Positions 19,167-35,610 of a DNA stretch of 64,000 nucleotides are shown here, piece by piece (position 1 is the first letter of the stretch; every line of letters starts with the position of its first letter). The stretch is from an uncultured Gemmatimonadaceae bacterium (GTDB lineage: Bacteria > Gemmatimonadota > Gemmatimonadetes > Gemmatimonadales > Gemmatimonadaceae). The stretch lies in NCBI GenBank assembly GCA_963822945.1, contig CAWGJO010000021.1, positions 288,001 to 352,000 on the forward strand, in the 5' to 3' direction. A model generated the notes under the pieces. The model made no database searches. It saw nothing but the letters and a program-made list of their open reading frames with translations, and had not been told where the DNA came from. A program made the position numbers and the translations under genes.

Positions 19167-21089
19167 ATGACGTCGAGCAACGACGAATCCCGAGCAGTTG
19201 CCCTCGGGCTCTTGCGCGAGCAATTTCCGACCCCGGACTCGGTAACGGCCGAGATCGCCCAGCCTCGAGGGAGAGCTTCGGCTTCCCAAGCCGACGGTTC
19301 ACGTGCTGAGCGACGTTCACGGCGAGTTCGAGAAGCTCCGGCACGTCATAAACAACGCCTCCGGCTCGCTGCGCCCCTGGTGGAGCAGCACGTTCGCCGA
19401 TCGACTTTCCGCCGAGGATCTTCGAGAGCTTCTTACGCTGGTCTTCTATCCCAGCGAGACATTGGAGCGGATCGAGGCCTCAGCTTCCGGACTCCGCGGC
19501 ACGCGCTCGACGCTTCGAAACCCGACTACGCGAGCTACTGGAGCTGGTAAGCAGGTTGGCTCGGGCACGCCCGTTCGATCACGTCCGGAGCGTATTTCCG
19601 AGCGAGTACCAGAAGTCTGCTGGAGGACCTCGTGTTCGAGCCCTCGCTCCGAATATCGAAAGCAATACGTCGATGGGGTCATCGACGCATTGACCACCCA
19701 AGGCCGCGCGGCACACTTGCTGCGCATCGTGGCGCGCGTTCTGCGTAACCTCAGTGTGGACGAGATCGCCATCGCCGGTGACTGCTACGACCGCGGGCCC
19801 GCGGCGACATGGTGGTCGACTACCTCTCTCAGCAACCCAACGTGCGCATCACCTGGGGAAATCACGACGTCGCTTGGATTGGCGCGGCGTCTCGGCCACC
19901 GCTCGTTGATCGCTCACGTGCTCAGAATCTCACTCAGATACGGGCGCACCGCTCAGCTCGAAGAGGGCTACGGAATAACGCTATTGCCTCTCGAAGCCCT
20001 GGCGGACGAAGTCTACGGGGACGACCCGGCCGAATGCTTTGCGTCCCGGGGAAGCGGATTGCGCCCCGGCGTACCCTGGCGCGAATGCAGAAGGCCGCGG
20101 CGATTTTGCAATTCAAGCTGGAGGGCCGGGTCATCGCGGAATAACCCCGCCTTTCGACATGGATGAGCGCCGCTTGTTGCACCACATGGACCTGGGCGCG
20201 AAGAACGGTGGCGATCGACGGCCGGCGAATGGCGCTCAGGGACACGCATTTCCCGACCCTCGACATGCGCGATCCTTATGCGCTGACCGAGGCCGAATCC
20301 GCCTGCATCGAGCGCATTCGGCGCTCGTTCATGGCCAGCCAGCGCCTGTGGAATCACGTCCGCTTCCTGGTGGACCGAGGCAGCATGTACCTGGTCCGAG
20401 ACCAGCACTTGATCTTCCACGGCTGCGTGCCGGTGAATGACGCCGGTGAGCCGCTCTCCCTGATCGTCGACGGTTCTCCCCGGCGCGGACGCGCTTTGTT
20501 CGAGGCGCTGGAAGCAGTGGTGGCCCGAGCCGTGGAGCACCCGAGCCAGCCCGACCTCGACCTGCTCTTCTACTTGTGGTGCGGCCCCCGTTCGCCCCTG
20601 TTCGGCAAAGACAAGATCACCACCTTCGAACGAGACCTGGTCGCAGACGAAAAGAGCCACGTCGAGCTCAAAAACCCCTACTTCCGCTTGATCAACGAGA
20701 AGGACTTTTGCAGACGCATCCTCGACGATTTCGGCGTGAGCCCCGAGCTTGGGATGATCGTCAACGGTCACGTTCCCGTGAAAGTCGAAGCAGGTGAAAG
20801 CCCACTCAAGCGGAGCGGCATGGCGGTGACGATCGATGGCGCGTTCTCGGAAGCCTACGGTGACCATGGCTATACACTCGTGCTGGACGCCCACGGGACT
20901 CGCTTGGCGTTGCACCATCACTTCGAGTCGGTCGCCCTCGCGGTGGAACAAGGCATCGACATCATTCCCGCGGTTTCGGAGCTCCGGAACTTCGCGCCCC
21001 CTCGCACGCTCGGAGACACGGAGCAGGGCCAGCTCTTTCGAAGCCGAATCGCTCTGTTGGCGAGGCTGTCCGATCGCCACGGCAGCTAG
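19167..21089 (+). CDS. fbp: Fructose-1,6-bisphosphatase class III; several frameshifts
   Basis: LSDVHGE...INNASG, GDCYDRG, WGNHD, FHGCVP, YLWCGPRSPLFGKDKITTFER, IVNGHVPVK..GESP, IDGAFSEAY..GYTL. Confidence 0.88.
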
Positions 21090-21122
21090 TCGCCGGGCCT
21101 CCACCGTGACACTCTTCGGGAC

Positions 21123-22131
21123 GTGAAGCGTCTACTATTGGTCGGCAACCCGACCGCGCAGAGCGGCAAGAACAGTGAGCGCATCGAGGCGGCTCGCAAG
21201 CTCTTCCGCGAGTGTGGCGTCAAGGCCGAGCTGTTTTCCACGCTGCCCGGTGGCGCCACCATCGCCGCCCTCAGCCAACATCTGGACGAGAGCGGCGACG
21301 GCACCGTGGTCAGCATGGGAGGCGACGGGACATTTCCGCGAGGTGGCGGCGGGGATCCTGGGCTCGCGTCGAGCGGCGGATATCGCCATGGGCATGCTGC
21401 CAACCGGCACTGCCAACGACCAGGGCAAGAGCTTTGGCCTGTCCGCAACGCCGGAGGCGCTGGCGGACAACGTGGACGTCGTGTGCGCCGGCAAGGAAAC
21501 CAAGCTGGATGCCGGCGTTCTGTGCAACGTGGCAGCAGACGGCTCACTCCACGAGCGCACACTGTTCTTCGACTCCGCCGGTTGGGGCCTGTCAGCACGG
21601 GTGCTTTCCGTGCGAAACCAGGATCGGGAAACGGTGGCCGCGCTCGGCCCGCTGAAAGAAATCTACCGGGACCAACTGGTCTACGCGGGGGCGCTGCTCC
21701 GAACATTCCTGGAATCTCAGATCATCAGCGACAAGTTCTCTGCACAGATCACGGTCGACGGCGAGCCTCACTCGTTTTCTGGTCTCACGGATCTCGTGAT
21801 CAAGGGCACCCGCGTCTATGGCGGAGCCTGGGTCTTCGACCAAAGCAGCCGCCACGACGACGGACAGTTCGAGCTGATCGTGTTTCGAGGCAAGCGGGAG
21901 TGGGTCAGCAAGGCCATCGTGGATCTGGACGGCAATCCCATCACGGAGGAGATGCTCAACGAGATCGGCGTCGAGCACTCCAAGCCCATTCGCGGCCGGA
22001 GCTTCGATCTCCGGCTGGCACCCGAAGGCGAGGTAGAGATCTTCGCCCAATTGGACGGCGAGGAGCACGCTCCGAGCCCCCACGTCCGCGTGGATGTGAA
22101 CGCCCGCGCGCTTCGCCTGATCGTTCCTTAG
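21123..22131 (+). CDS. Diacylglycerol/lipid kinase family protein; frameshift near 21330
   Basis: NPTAQSG, GGDGT, LPTGTAND, QLDGE. Confidence 0.85.
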
Positions 22132-22715
22132 TTACAGAGCGAGCTCGCCCAGTGGTTGCTCGCTTCGGTACACGTGAAGCCGACCGCTAGGTAGCAGCAC
22201 TGGATGTCGCCCGGCGTGTTGCAGCTGGTGTTCACCAGGGGCGCGACCGCAGGGCAACATTCGCGGGCCTGCAAGGTCTTCCACACGTACGCCCCACCCG
22301 ATCCCCCCGGGACGCAGCGCATGGGCTTTTCGGGCGCGTGCCCATAGCAGCAGGCCAGCCCCTGCTGAGTGCAACCCGAATCTTCTCCAGGCTTTTCCTG
22401 CGGGCAGCCGGTGGCACCGGCGGCCCCGTCCACGCTGGCGTCGCCGGTCTGCCCCCCGTTGCCTCCCGGCCCACCGCCGGCGCCGGATGCGCCGGCGCCG
22501 CCAGCACCGCCACCACCCGTCGCGCCGGCGCCGCCGGCACCGCCCGTGGCGGTCGTGCCTCCGCTAGCGCCGCCGCCTGCGGCGCCGCCGGTCGCAACGG
22601 CACCCGCCCCCGCCGCGCCACCGGAGTGCGACGAGAACTCGTCACCCGAACCGCAACCGGCCACCCATACCGTCATGGCCCACGCCGAAAGACCTGCGAG
22701 CACCCGCCGCCTCAT
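22128..22715 (-). CDS. Gly-rich/Cys-rich lipoprotein
   Basis: VAGC lipobox, long G/A linker, two CP..P...C....CCY repeats. Confidence 0.65.
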   Translation of the reverse strand: MRRRVLAGLSAWAMTVWVAGCGSGDEFSSHSGGAAGAGAVATGGAAGGGASGGTTATGGAGGAGATGGGGAGGAGASGAGGGPGGNGGQTGDASVDGAAGATGCPQEKPGEDSGCTQQGLACCYGHAPEKPMRCVPGGSGGAYVWKTLQARECCPAVAPLVNTSCNTPGDIQCCYLAVGFTCTEASNHWASSLCN

Positions 22716-22921
22716 GATCGTACAGTCTAACCCAGCCTCTCGGTACGGTCCTACTGGAATGGGGGCGCACGGCATGCGCGGGCGCAATTGCCGCGCGCAG
22801 CTCGTGCGTGGCGAGATGCAACGTTGCGCCCTCCGCTGGCTTTTGACCGCGACCTTCCGTTGCGTACGCCTTTTGCATTCAAAAGGGCGTTTTTCTCGCT
22901 CGTTGAACGGAGGAGCACACC

Positions 22922-24229
22922 ATGTTCGGTCGTCCCAAGCCCGAGGTGCTGATTGCTGGCGCCGGTCCCGTGGGATTGTTTGCCGCCCTATGGCTGGCGA
23001 AGCGCGGGATTCGTATCCGTATCGTCGACGAGGAGTGGCGCGGTTCGACGCACAGCTACGCGCTGGCCCTGCACCCGCGCACCCTCGAGCTCTTGGACGA
23101 GGTCGGCCTCGTCGACCAGGTGCTGGCCGGTGCCCGTCGCATCAACCGCGTCGGGCTGTACGACGGCGCCGAACGTCGAGCCCAGCTCGACTTCTCCACC
23201 CTGCAGACCAAGTTCCCATTCTTGGCGATCATGCCGCAGGCGAGCTTCGAGAAGCTCCTGGAGGAGGCCCTCGGCAAAGAAGGCGTGGAGGTGGAATGGG
23301 CCCATCGCCTCGCCCGCATCACCCCCCAAGACAACGCCGTCGCCGTCACCATCGACACTCTGGAGCACGACTCCCTCGGTTATGCCGTCGCACACACGGA
23401 AACCATCGTGGAGCGTTCCCAGAAGCTGGACGTTCCGTTCGTGATCGGTGCCGATGGTCACGACTCGGTGGTTCGCACTCAGCTTCGGATCAAGTTCGAC
23501 GCCGTCCGTGACGCCGACGAATTCGCAGTTTTCGAGTTCGATGCCGAGGGCGACGTGCCCGACGAGGTCTGCGTCGTGATGGACCAGGGCACCACCAACG
23601 TGCTCTGGCCCATGACCGACAACCGCTACCGCTGGAGCTTCCAGCTCACGGACTTCCGTGCGCCCGGCAACTCGCGGGAAAAGGACCGGCTGCTCATGGT
23701 GGTGGGCAATCGACGCTTCCCGAAGCTGGACCCCGACTACCTGCACAGGATGATCCGCGAGCGCGCACCGTGGTTCACCGCGGAGGTCGACAAGATCCAC
23801 TGGCGCATGGCCGTCAAGTTCGAGCAACGGCTGGCGCGCAGCTTTGGCAGTGATCGCATTTGGCTCGCGGGCGACGCCGCCCACATGACGGGGCCAGTCG
23901 GCGGCCAGAGCATGAACGTTGGACTGCGCGAAGCCGCGCAACTCGCGGAGATCTTGGGCGGCAACCTGCGCGGAAGCTCGTCGAGGGACGCGCTGGCGGC
24001 CTACGGCAGTCAGCGGCAAAACGAGTGGCAGCAACTGCTCGGCGTCGGCGGGCCGCATCTGGCAACCGTAGGCGACGTGTCGCCCTGGATCTCGGATCGC
24101 ATCGACCGCATCGTGCCCTGCATTCCGGCTTCGGGCGTGCATCTCGCTCAGCTCGTCCGGCAGCTGGGCCTGGAACCCAAGGTCGCCCCGCTCGCGTCGG
24201 TTCGCCCGCCGCCCCAGAAGCACGCCTAG
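22922..24229 (+). CDS. FAD-dependent monooxygenase (PheA/TfdB-like)
   Basis: GAGPVGL, IGADG, LAGDAAH..P.GGQSMN. Confidence 0.88.
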   Translation: MFGRPKPEVLIAGAGPVGLFAALWLAKRGIRIRIVDEEWRGSTHSYALALHPRTLELLDEVGLVDQVLAGARRINRVGLYDGAERRAQLDFSTLQTKFPFLAIMPQASFEKLLEEALGKEGVEVEWAHRLARITPQDNAVAVTIDTLEHDSLGYAVAHTETIVERSQKLDVPFVIGADGHDSVVRTQLRIKFDAVRDADEFAVFEFDAEGDVPDEVCVVMDQGTTNVLWPMTDNRYRWSFQLTDFRAPGNSREKDRLLMVVGNRRFPKLDPDYLHRMIRERAPWFTAEVDKIHWRMAVKFEQRLARSFGSDRIWLAGDAAHMTGPVGGQSMNVGLREAAQLAEILGGNLRGSSSRDALAAYGSQRQNEWQQLLGVGGPHLATVGDVSPWISDRIDRIVPCIPASGVHLAQLVRQLGLEPKVAPLASVRPPPQKHA

Positions 24230-24241
24230 CGGGGTAGCCCG

Positions 24242-26917
<2,676 letters not shown>

Positions 26918-27049
26918 CGACGCCTCGAAAGCGCCATCATCCTTCACTTCCGTTCGCCTTCCCACCGGCTTCTTGTCGGTTCATCGCGAACAGCCCGCGG
27001 GACGTCCTCGAGACTAGCGCGCGATGGACCGACCCCCTGCTGCCGGGGC

Positions 27050-28874
27050 TCAGGCTTCGTGGCTGGAGCGATTGAGACGGCGATCCAGGTCGAAAGCAGC
27101 GCTGATCAACGCCAAATGCGTGAAGGCCTGCGGGAAGTTGCCGAGGTGCTCGCCGGCCGCCCCCAGCTGCTCCGCATACAGTCCGACGTGGTTCGCGTAG
27201 CCCAGCATCTTCTCGAAGTAGAAGCGCGCTTTCGGCCAGATTGCCCGCCCGCGACAGGCACTCCACGTACCAGAAGCTGCAGATGGAGAACGTGCCTTCT
27301 TCCCCGTGCAGGCCGTCGGAGGCCGCTTCGCCCACCCGGTAGCGGTAAACCAGCGAGTCCTCTACCAGGTCACGCCGGATGGCGCGCATGGTGCTGAGCC
27401 AGCGGGGATCCGACGGGCTGATGAAGCGCATCAGCGGCATGGTCAAGCTCGCCGCGTCGAGAGTCTTGCTGCCCATGAACTGGACGAAGGCTCCCAGCTC
27501 GGAGTCGAAGAAGTCACTGTGGATCTGCCGGTGGATCGCGTCACGAGCTTTGAGCCAGCGGTCGAAGGGTGACGGCAAGCGAGCGCTTGTGCGCCAGACG
27601 CATTGCGCGGTCCAGCGCCACCCAGCACATCAGACGCGAGTACAGGAAGTGTTGGCGGCCGCCGCGAACTTCCCAGACGCCCTCGTCGGGCTGGTTCCAG
27701 TTTTCGCACACCCAGTTCACCAGGCGCGTCACGTCTTTCCAGGCGTCGTAGTGGATCGGATCGCCGTACTTGTCGTACAGGTAGATGGAATCCATCAGCT
27801 CGCCGTAGATGTCGAGCTGGAGCTGATCGTACGCCCCGTTTCCGATGCGCACCGGCGACGAGCCACGGTATCCCTCGAAGTGAGTCGAGGCTCTCCTCCG
27901 TCAGGTGCCGGCGACCGTCCAAGCCGTACATGATTTGCAGCGCGCCGCCGTCGGTCAGCTCGCCGGTGCGCTCTTCCAGCCAGCCCATGAAACTGGCGGC
28001 CTCGTCGGTGAATCCCAGGCGCAGCAGAGCGTACAGCGTGAACGAAGCGTCGCGGATCCAGGTGTAGCGGTAGTCCCAGTTGCGCACGCCGCCGATTTCT
28101 TCCGGCAGGCCGAAAGTGGGCGCGGCGACCAGAGAACCGTACTTCTGCGAGGTCATCAGCTTGAGCACGAGACGCGGAGCGGTTGACCATCTCCCGCCAG
28201 CGCCCCTTGTACTGAGAACGACCGATCCAGTTGCGCCAGAAGCTGGAGGTCATCTTGAACGCCTCCGCGACGTAGTCAGGACGCCGCGGACGGCGACGGC
28301 TCGCCGGGCACGACCTCTTCCAGCACCCAAGGCGAAGATTCCGCCGGTCCTCAGCTTGAACTCGGCCACCGCCGCGCCGTTCTCGATGCGCACGGGCACG
28401 GGCGTGCGCAGACGCAGAACCGTCTTGTCCGGGCCTTCGGAGGCGAATATCACCTCCCCCTTCTTGGTTTCGACCTTGTGCGACGCTCGGCCGTAGTCGA
28501 AGCCTGGGATCGCAGACCATGCGGAACGCAACCTCGCCGCGCACCGTCTTGGCGCGCCGAACGAGGTTGTGCGCCCAGCCCACTTCCTCCACAGGCATGA
28601 AGTCGCTGACCTCGGCCACGCCCTCTTCGGAAAGGAAGCGGGAGAGAAGGATGTTGGTGTCCGGCAGGTACATCTGCTTCTGCTTTGCGCCTTCCAGCAC
28701 CGGCGCGAGCTGAAAGCGCCCGCCTTTCTCGCGATCGAGCAGCGCCCCGAACACGGTCGGCGAGTCGAACTCGGGGAAGCACATGAAATCGATCGACCCA
28801 TCCATGCCCACCAGGGCCACGGTGTGCAGATCTCCGATGACGCCGTAGTTCTCGATCGGCTGGTAGCCCTGCAT
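27050..28874 (-). CDS. GH15 glucoamylase/trehalase; many frameshifts
   Basis: [63 protein letters not shown]. Confidence 0.88.
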
Positions 28875-29153
28875 CGTTCGACTCTCTCCAGGTTGACGGG
28901 ACACTCGCCCCCAAGTGTGAAGGTCGTATGAAATTGGCCGCTTCGTCCACCGTCAATCCGTTGCATCTTGCAGCGGGGGTCCTTGCTGCTCGCGTGCACA
29001 GTGCTCGCCCGCGCGGTCGCGTGTTACCGAGAAGGCGGGGCCCGAACGCGCCGCGCCGGGCCCGGGATGCTCCGTGGAGCACCGCCTGAAGGGGATTCGA
29101 TGTGTCCGAGATGTCGGACGCATGGCTCGCGCAGAAGACACCAAAGGAACGAC

Positions 29154-30605
29154 ATGGGCTCAATCGACAGTTTGGAACCGAGCGTATTCGTAATCTTCGG
29201 CGGCACCGGCGACCTCGCGCGTCGCAAGCTGCTGCCCGCCCTCGCACGTCACTTCGAGCAGGGCACGTTGAAAGGACGGTGCGCGGTCGTAGGCGTCTCG
29301 CCGGACACGTCGGTGACCGACGATTCCTATCGCGACCTGTCTTTGAAAGCGCTGTCGGACGCCGGGCTCGACAAGAGCGCGGTCGAGCTCTTGAACGACA
29401 GCCTCTATTTCCAGAGCATCGGCAAGGGCACGAAGGACGACTACCAGAGCCTGGCCAAGCGGTTGGACGAGATTCGGAAGAAGCACGACCTTCCCCAGAA
29501 CTACGCGTTCTATTTGGCGCTACCACCGGGCGCGGTGCCGGGGGTGGTGGAAGGTCTCGATGGCGCAGGCCTCAGCAAGCCGCAAGGTTGGTCGCGACTG
29601 GTCGTCGAAAAGCCCTTCGGCAGAGATCTCGCGTCGGCCAAGAAGCTCAACGCGCTGCTCCACGAGCATTTCAGAGAAGATCAGATCTACCGCATCGATC
29701 ACTATCTCGGGAAAGAGACGGTGCAAAACTTGTTGGTGTTCCGTTTCGCGAATGCCATTTTCGAATCACTGTGGAACCGTGAGCGCGTTCAAAGCGTGGA
29801 AATCCACGTGGCCGAAGATCTCGGCGTGGGCACCCGCGCCGGCTACTACGACAAGAGCGGCGCCACGCGGGACATGCTGCAAAACCATCTGACCCAGCTG
29901 CTGACGCTGGTCGCGATGGAGGTTCCGACCTCCTTCGAGGCGGACGCGATTCGACACGAAAAGATCAAGGTGCTCAAATCCGTGGCCCCCATCGAATGCG
30001 ACCGCGTAGTTCGAGGCCAGTACGCCGCGGGGCAGGTGGACGGCCGCAATGTGCCCGGCTATCGCGACGAGGCCGGCATCGACGACGATTCGCAGACGGA
30101 TACGTTCGTGGCGCTGGAGGTGTTCGTGAACACCTGGCGCTGGAAGGGAGTACCGTTTTACCTGCGGACCGGCAAACGCATGAAGCGGCGCTCGACGCAG
30201 ATCATCGTGCGCTTCAACGACGTGCCCGTCAGCTTGTTCCAGTCCAAGGGCCTGGCTCTCGACACGGCGGACATCTTGGTGCTCACCCTGCAGCCCGACG
30301 AAGGGTTCAGCCTGCACTTCGACGTCAAGGAGCCCGGCGAGCCCTTCCGACTCAAGCGCATCCCGCTCGCGTTCCGCTACAAGGACGAATTCAAAGACAT
30401 GCCGGAGGCGTACGAGACGTTGCTGCTCGACGTGCTCGAAGGCGACCAGACGCTGTTCGTACACGCCGACGAGGTGGAAGAGTCGTGGCGCGTGTACACA
30501 CCCCTGATCGAAAGCCCGCCGCCTTTGCACCCCTACCCCGCGGGCTGCTGGGGACCGAAGGAAGCCGAACACCTCCGGGTTCCGGAGGGGGATCTGTGGC
30601 GCTGA
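29154..30605 (+). CDS. zwf: Glucose-6-phosphate 1-dehydrogenase
   Basis: GGTGDLARRKLLPAL, EKPFG, RIDHYLGKE, GVPFYLRTGK; AAGGA SD. Confidence 0.97.
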   Translation: MGSIDSLEPSVFVIFGGTGDLARRKLLPALARHFEQGTLKGRCAVVGVSPDTSVTDDSYRDLSLKALSDAGLDKSAVELLNDSLYFQSIGKGTKDDYQSLAKRLDEIRKKHDLPQNYAFYLALPPGAVPGVVEGLDGAGLSKPQGWSRLVVEKPFGRDLASAKKLNALLHEHFREDQIYRIDHYLGKETVQNLLVFRFANAIFESLWNRERVQSVEIHVAEDLGVGTRAGYYDKSGATRDMLQNHLTQLLTLVAMEVPTSFEADAIRHEKIKVLKSVAPIECDRVVRGQYAAGQVDGRNVPGYRDEAGIDDDSQTDTFVALEVFVNTWRWKGVPFYLRTGKRMKRRSTQIIVRFNDVPVSLFQSKGLALDTADILVLTLQPDEGFSLHFDVKEPGEPFRLKRIPLAFRYKDEFKDMPEAYETLLLDVLEGDQTLFVHADEVEESWRVYTPLIESPPPLHPYPAGCWGPKEAEHLRVPEGDLWR

Positions 30606-31332
30606 GCGCCGATGCTACGCCCACCGTGCGCCTCGAGGCCGACGGGGAAGCCGTGGCGCGGGCAGCTCTAGAGCACGTGATCGAAGCCGCCACCGCCGCC
30701 GCGCAGGAGCGCGGCACGTTCCGTATCGCGCTGGCCGGCGGCAGCACTCCGCGACGACTGTACCAGTTGCTCGCCTCGCCGGAAGCATCGGGCCGCATCG
30801 ATTGGAGCCGCTGGCAGATCTTCTTCGGCGACGAGCGAGCCGTGCCTCCGGATCACGAGAAGAGCAACTACCGAATGGCTCGCGAGGCGTTCCTCGACAA
30901 CGTGCCCATCGCCGCCGACAACGTTCATCGCATCCACGGCGAGCTGCCTCGCGAACAAGCGGCTCGCGCCTATGCCGAAACGCTCGGCACCGAGCCGCTG
31001 GACCTGGTGCTCCTGGGCATGGGTGACGACGGACACACCGCCAGCTTGTTCCCCGGCTCGCCCGCGCTGGAGGAAAAGGAGCGCGCCGTTGTCACCAGCG
31101 AGAGCCCGGTACCACCGCGGGAGCGCGTATCCCTCTCGCTGCCGACCATCGATGCCGCGCGTGCGGTGCTCTTCCTGGTCACCGGTGCGGGCAAGGCGGA
31201 CCGCCTCGCCCAAATGTTGGGCGAACGAAAGAGCGGCGCGCCGAAGCTCCCCTCGGCCCGCATCGCCCCCAAGAGCGGGGAGCTTTTTCTGTACGTGGAC
31301 GAAGCTGCCGCACGACACATGGAGCAGACCTC

Positions 31333-31336
<4 letters not shown>
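30596..31336 (+). CDS. pgl: 6-phosphogluconolactonase
   Basis: [32 protein letters not shown]. Confidence 0.95.
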
Positions 31337-32986
<1,650 letters not shown>

Positions 32987-32995
32987 GGAGGGCCC

Positions 32996-34168
32996 ATGGC
33001 AAAGTCTCTACTAGAGCAACTCAAGACGATGACGGTGGTCGTGGCAGACACCGGCGACATCAATTCCATCGAGCGCTTCAAGCCTCGGGACGCCACCACC
33101 AATCCGTCGCTGATCTCTGCTGCGGCGCAGATGGCCGAGTACGACGACGTGGTGAACGGCGCGCTTCAGTGGTCCAAGAAGCGCGCGGGAGATGGCGCTG
33201 ACGAAAAGCAGATCGTCGACCGCGCCATCGATCGGCTCAGTGTCGAGTTCGGCCTTCGCATTCTGAAGATCGTGCCCGGCCGGGTGTCCACCGAGGTGGA
33301 TGCGCGGCTCTCGTATGACACGCAAAAGACCATGGCCAAGGCCCGGGAGCTGATCTCGCAATACGAAGAAGCAGGCGCTTCACGCGACCGCATTCTGATC
33401 AAGATCGCTTCCACCTGGGAGGGCATCGTCGCGGCGGAGCAGCTCGAAAAGGAGGGCATTCACTGCAACCTCACGTTGCTGTTCGGCATCCACCAGGCCG
33501 TCGCCTGCGCCAACGCCAAGGTGACGCTCATTTCACCGTTCGTGGGCCGTATTCTCGACTGGCACAAGAAAGAGACCGGTCGGGACAGCTACCCCGCGCC
33601 CGAGGATCCGGGCGTGATCAACGTCACGCAAATCTACGAGTACTTCAAGCACCACGGCTCCAAGACGGAGATCATGGGCGCCAGCTTCCGGAATACCGGC
33701 GAGATCACCGAGCTGGCCGGATGCGACTTGCTCACCATCTCGCCCAAGTTGCTCGAAAAGCTGGAGGAAGCCACTGGCGACCTACCGCGGAAGCTCGACG
33801 AAAAGCGTGCCAAAGAGAAGAGCATCGAGAAAATCGAAATGAACGAAAGCGTCTTCACGAAGATGCACGAGGCCGACCGCATGGCGAAGGAGAAGCTGGC
33901 GGAAGGCATCGAAGGATTTTCCAAGGCCATCGTCGCGCTGGAGAAGCTGCTTCAGGAACGCCTCGCCAAGCTGGACGGGCGTGAGAAGGTCGGCTCTGCC
34001 GCGCTGCAGATGTTCTCCGTGTACGACCTGGACGGCGACGGTGCCATCACCCGCGAGGAGTGGGGCGGCACGGACGCAGTATTCGATGCGCTCGATCGCG
34101 ACGGCGACGGGCGTATCACCCCGGAAGAGCTCGCCGCCGGCGTCGGCGCGGCTCATTGCTTGAAGTGA
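32996..34168 (+). CDS. tal: Transaldolase with C-terminal EF-hand pair
   Basis: [44 protein letters not shown] and [12 protein letters not shown]. Confidence 0.95.
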   Translation: MAKSLLEQLKTMTVVVADTGDINSIERFKPRDATTNPSLISAAAQMAEYDDVVNGALQWSKKRAGDGADEKQIVDRAIDRLSVEFGLRILKIVPGRVSTEVDARLSYDTQKTMAKARELISQYEEAGASRDRILIKIASTWEGIVAAEQLEKEGIHCNLTLLFGIHQAVACANAKVTLISPFVGRILDWHKKETGRDSYPAPEDPGVINVTQIYEYFKHHGSKTEIMGASFRNTGEITELAGCDLLTISPKLLEKLEEATGDLPRKLDEKRAKEKSIEKIEMNESVFTKMHEADRMAKEKLAEGIEGFSKAIVALEKLLQERLAKLDGREKVGSAALQMFSVYDLDGDGAITREEWGGTDAVFDALDRDGDGRITPEELAAGVGAAHCLK

Positions 34169-34196
34169 CCCCGCGGCCACCTATTGGAGAGAGCTC

Positions 34197-35603
34197 ATGG
34201 CAGACAAAGCAGCATTTGGAATGATTGGTCTCGGGGTGATGGGCAAGAACCTGTCCCTCAACATCGCCGACCACGGGTTTTCCATGGCGGTGTGGAACCT
34301 CGAGAAGGACATGATGATGAAGGCGGTGGAGGGCACTCCTCTGCGCCCCAACGACACGCTGAAAGACCTCGTGGCAAACCTCGAGCGTCCCCGCCGAATC
34401 ATCCTGCTGATCAAGGCCGGCAAGCCGGTGGACTCGGTGCTCGAGCAGCTCGCCCCACTGCTGGAGCCTGGAGACATCGTGATCGACGGTGGCAACTCCT
34501 GGTACCAGGACACCCAGCGCCGCGAAAAGTGGATGGCCGAAAAGAAGCTGAACTTTTTCGGCATGGGCGTGTCCGGCGGTGAGGATGGCGCGCGCCACGG
34601 TCCCAGCATGATGCCGGGCGGCAAGCGCGAAGCCTACGAGCACGTGCGCCCCATGCTGGAGGCGATCGCCGCCAAGACGGACTCCGGCCCGTGCGTCACC
34701 TACGTGGGACCGGACGGTGCCGGCCACTTCGTCAAGATGGTCCACAACGGCATCGAGTACGCCGACATGCAGTGCATCGCCGAGGCGTATCACGTGCTAC
34801 GCGAGGTCGGGGCCATGCAGCCGCCGGCGCTGGCCGAGGTGTTCCAGCAGTACAACTCGGGACCGCTCGAGTCCTTCCTGATCGAGATCACCGCCAAGAT
34901 CTTCACCGTCAAGGATCCCAAGTCCGATGGTTGGCTCGTCGACAACGTATTGGATCGCGCCGGCCAGAAGGGCACCGGACGCTGGACCGCCCAGGTGGCC
35001 CTGGAGCAAGGCGTGGCCATTCCGTCCATCGCAGCGGCCATCGATGCGCGCGTGCTGTCCAGCATGAAGGAAGAGCGCACCCGAGCCAGCAAGGTGCTCA
35101 AAGGAGCCGCGGGCCAAACCACGGTGGAAGAGAAGAAGAAGCTCGTCAAAGACGTCCACGACGCCTTGTTGTGCTCCAAGATCTGCGCCTACGCCCAGGG
35201 CATGGCGCTCATCGCCGAGGGCTCGCGCCACCACGAATGGAGCGTGGATCTGCGGGAAATGGCGCGCATCTGGAAGGGCGGCTGCATCATTCGCGCGCGC
35301 TTCTTGGACACCATCATGAAGGCCTACGAGCGCACTCCCAAGCTCGACAACCTGCTGCTGGACGAAGCCATCCACCAGCAAGTCCAAGACGGACAGCAGG
35401 CCTGGCGCCGCATCGTCGCCCTGGCCATGGGTCACGGTATTCCGATGCCCGCCATGAGCGCCAGCTTGGCCTACTACGACAGTTACCGCTCCGCGCGACT
35501 GCCCCAGAACCTCACGCAAGCTCAGCGTGACGCCTTCGGGTCGCACACTTACCAGCGCGCGGACGACCCGCAGGGTCCTTTCGTCCACACTGACTGGTTG
35601 TGA
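34197..35603 (+). CDS. gnd: 6-phosphogluconate dehydrogenase, decarboxylating
   Basis: GLGVMG, IDGGN, VKMVHNGIEY, QKGTG, QAQRDAFGSH. Confidence 0.97.
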   Translation: MADKAAFGMIGLGVMGKNLSLNIADHGFSMAVWNLEKDMMMKAVEGTPLRPNDTLKDLVANLERPRRIILLIKAGKPVDSVLEQLAPLLEPGDIVIDGGNSWYQDTQRREKWMAEKKLNFFGMGVSGGEDGARHGPSMMPGGKREAYEHVRPMLEAIAAKTDSGPCVTYVGPDGAGHFVKMVHNGIEYADMQCIAEAYHVLREVGAMQPPALAEVFQQYNSGPLESFLIEITAKIFTVKDPKSDGWLVDNVLDRAGQKGTGRWTAQVALEQGVAIPSIAAAIDARVLSSMKEERTRASKVLKGAAGQTTVEEKKKLVKDVHDALLCSKICAYAQGMALIAEGSRHHEWSVDLREMARIWKGGCIIRARFLDTIMKAYERTPKLDNLLLDEAIHQQVQDGQQAWRRIVALAMGHGIPMPAMSASLAYYDSYRSARLPQNLTQAQRDAFGSHTYQRADDPQGPFVHTDWL

Positions 35604-35610
35604 TCGAGGG

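Noticed and set aside
22420..22625. GC-rich low-complexity tandem-like tracts (also 51130-51320 and 10110-10190)
   Set aside because: Explained by Gly/Ala and Pro/Thr linker codons.
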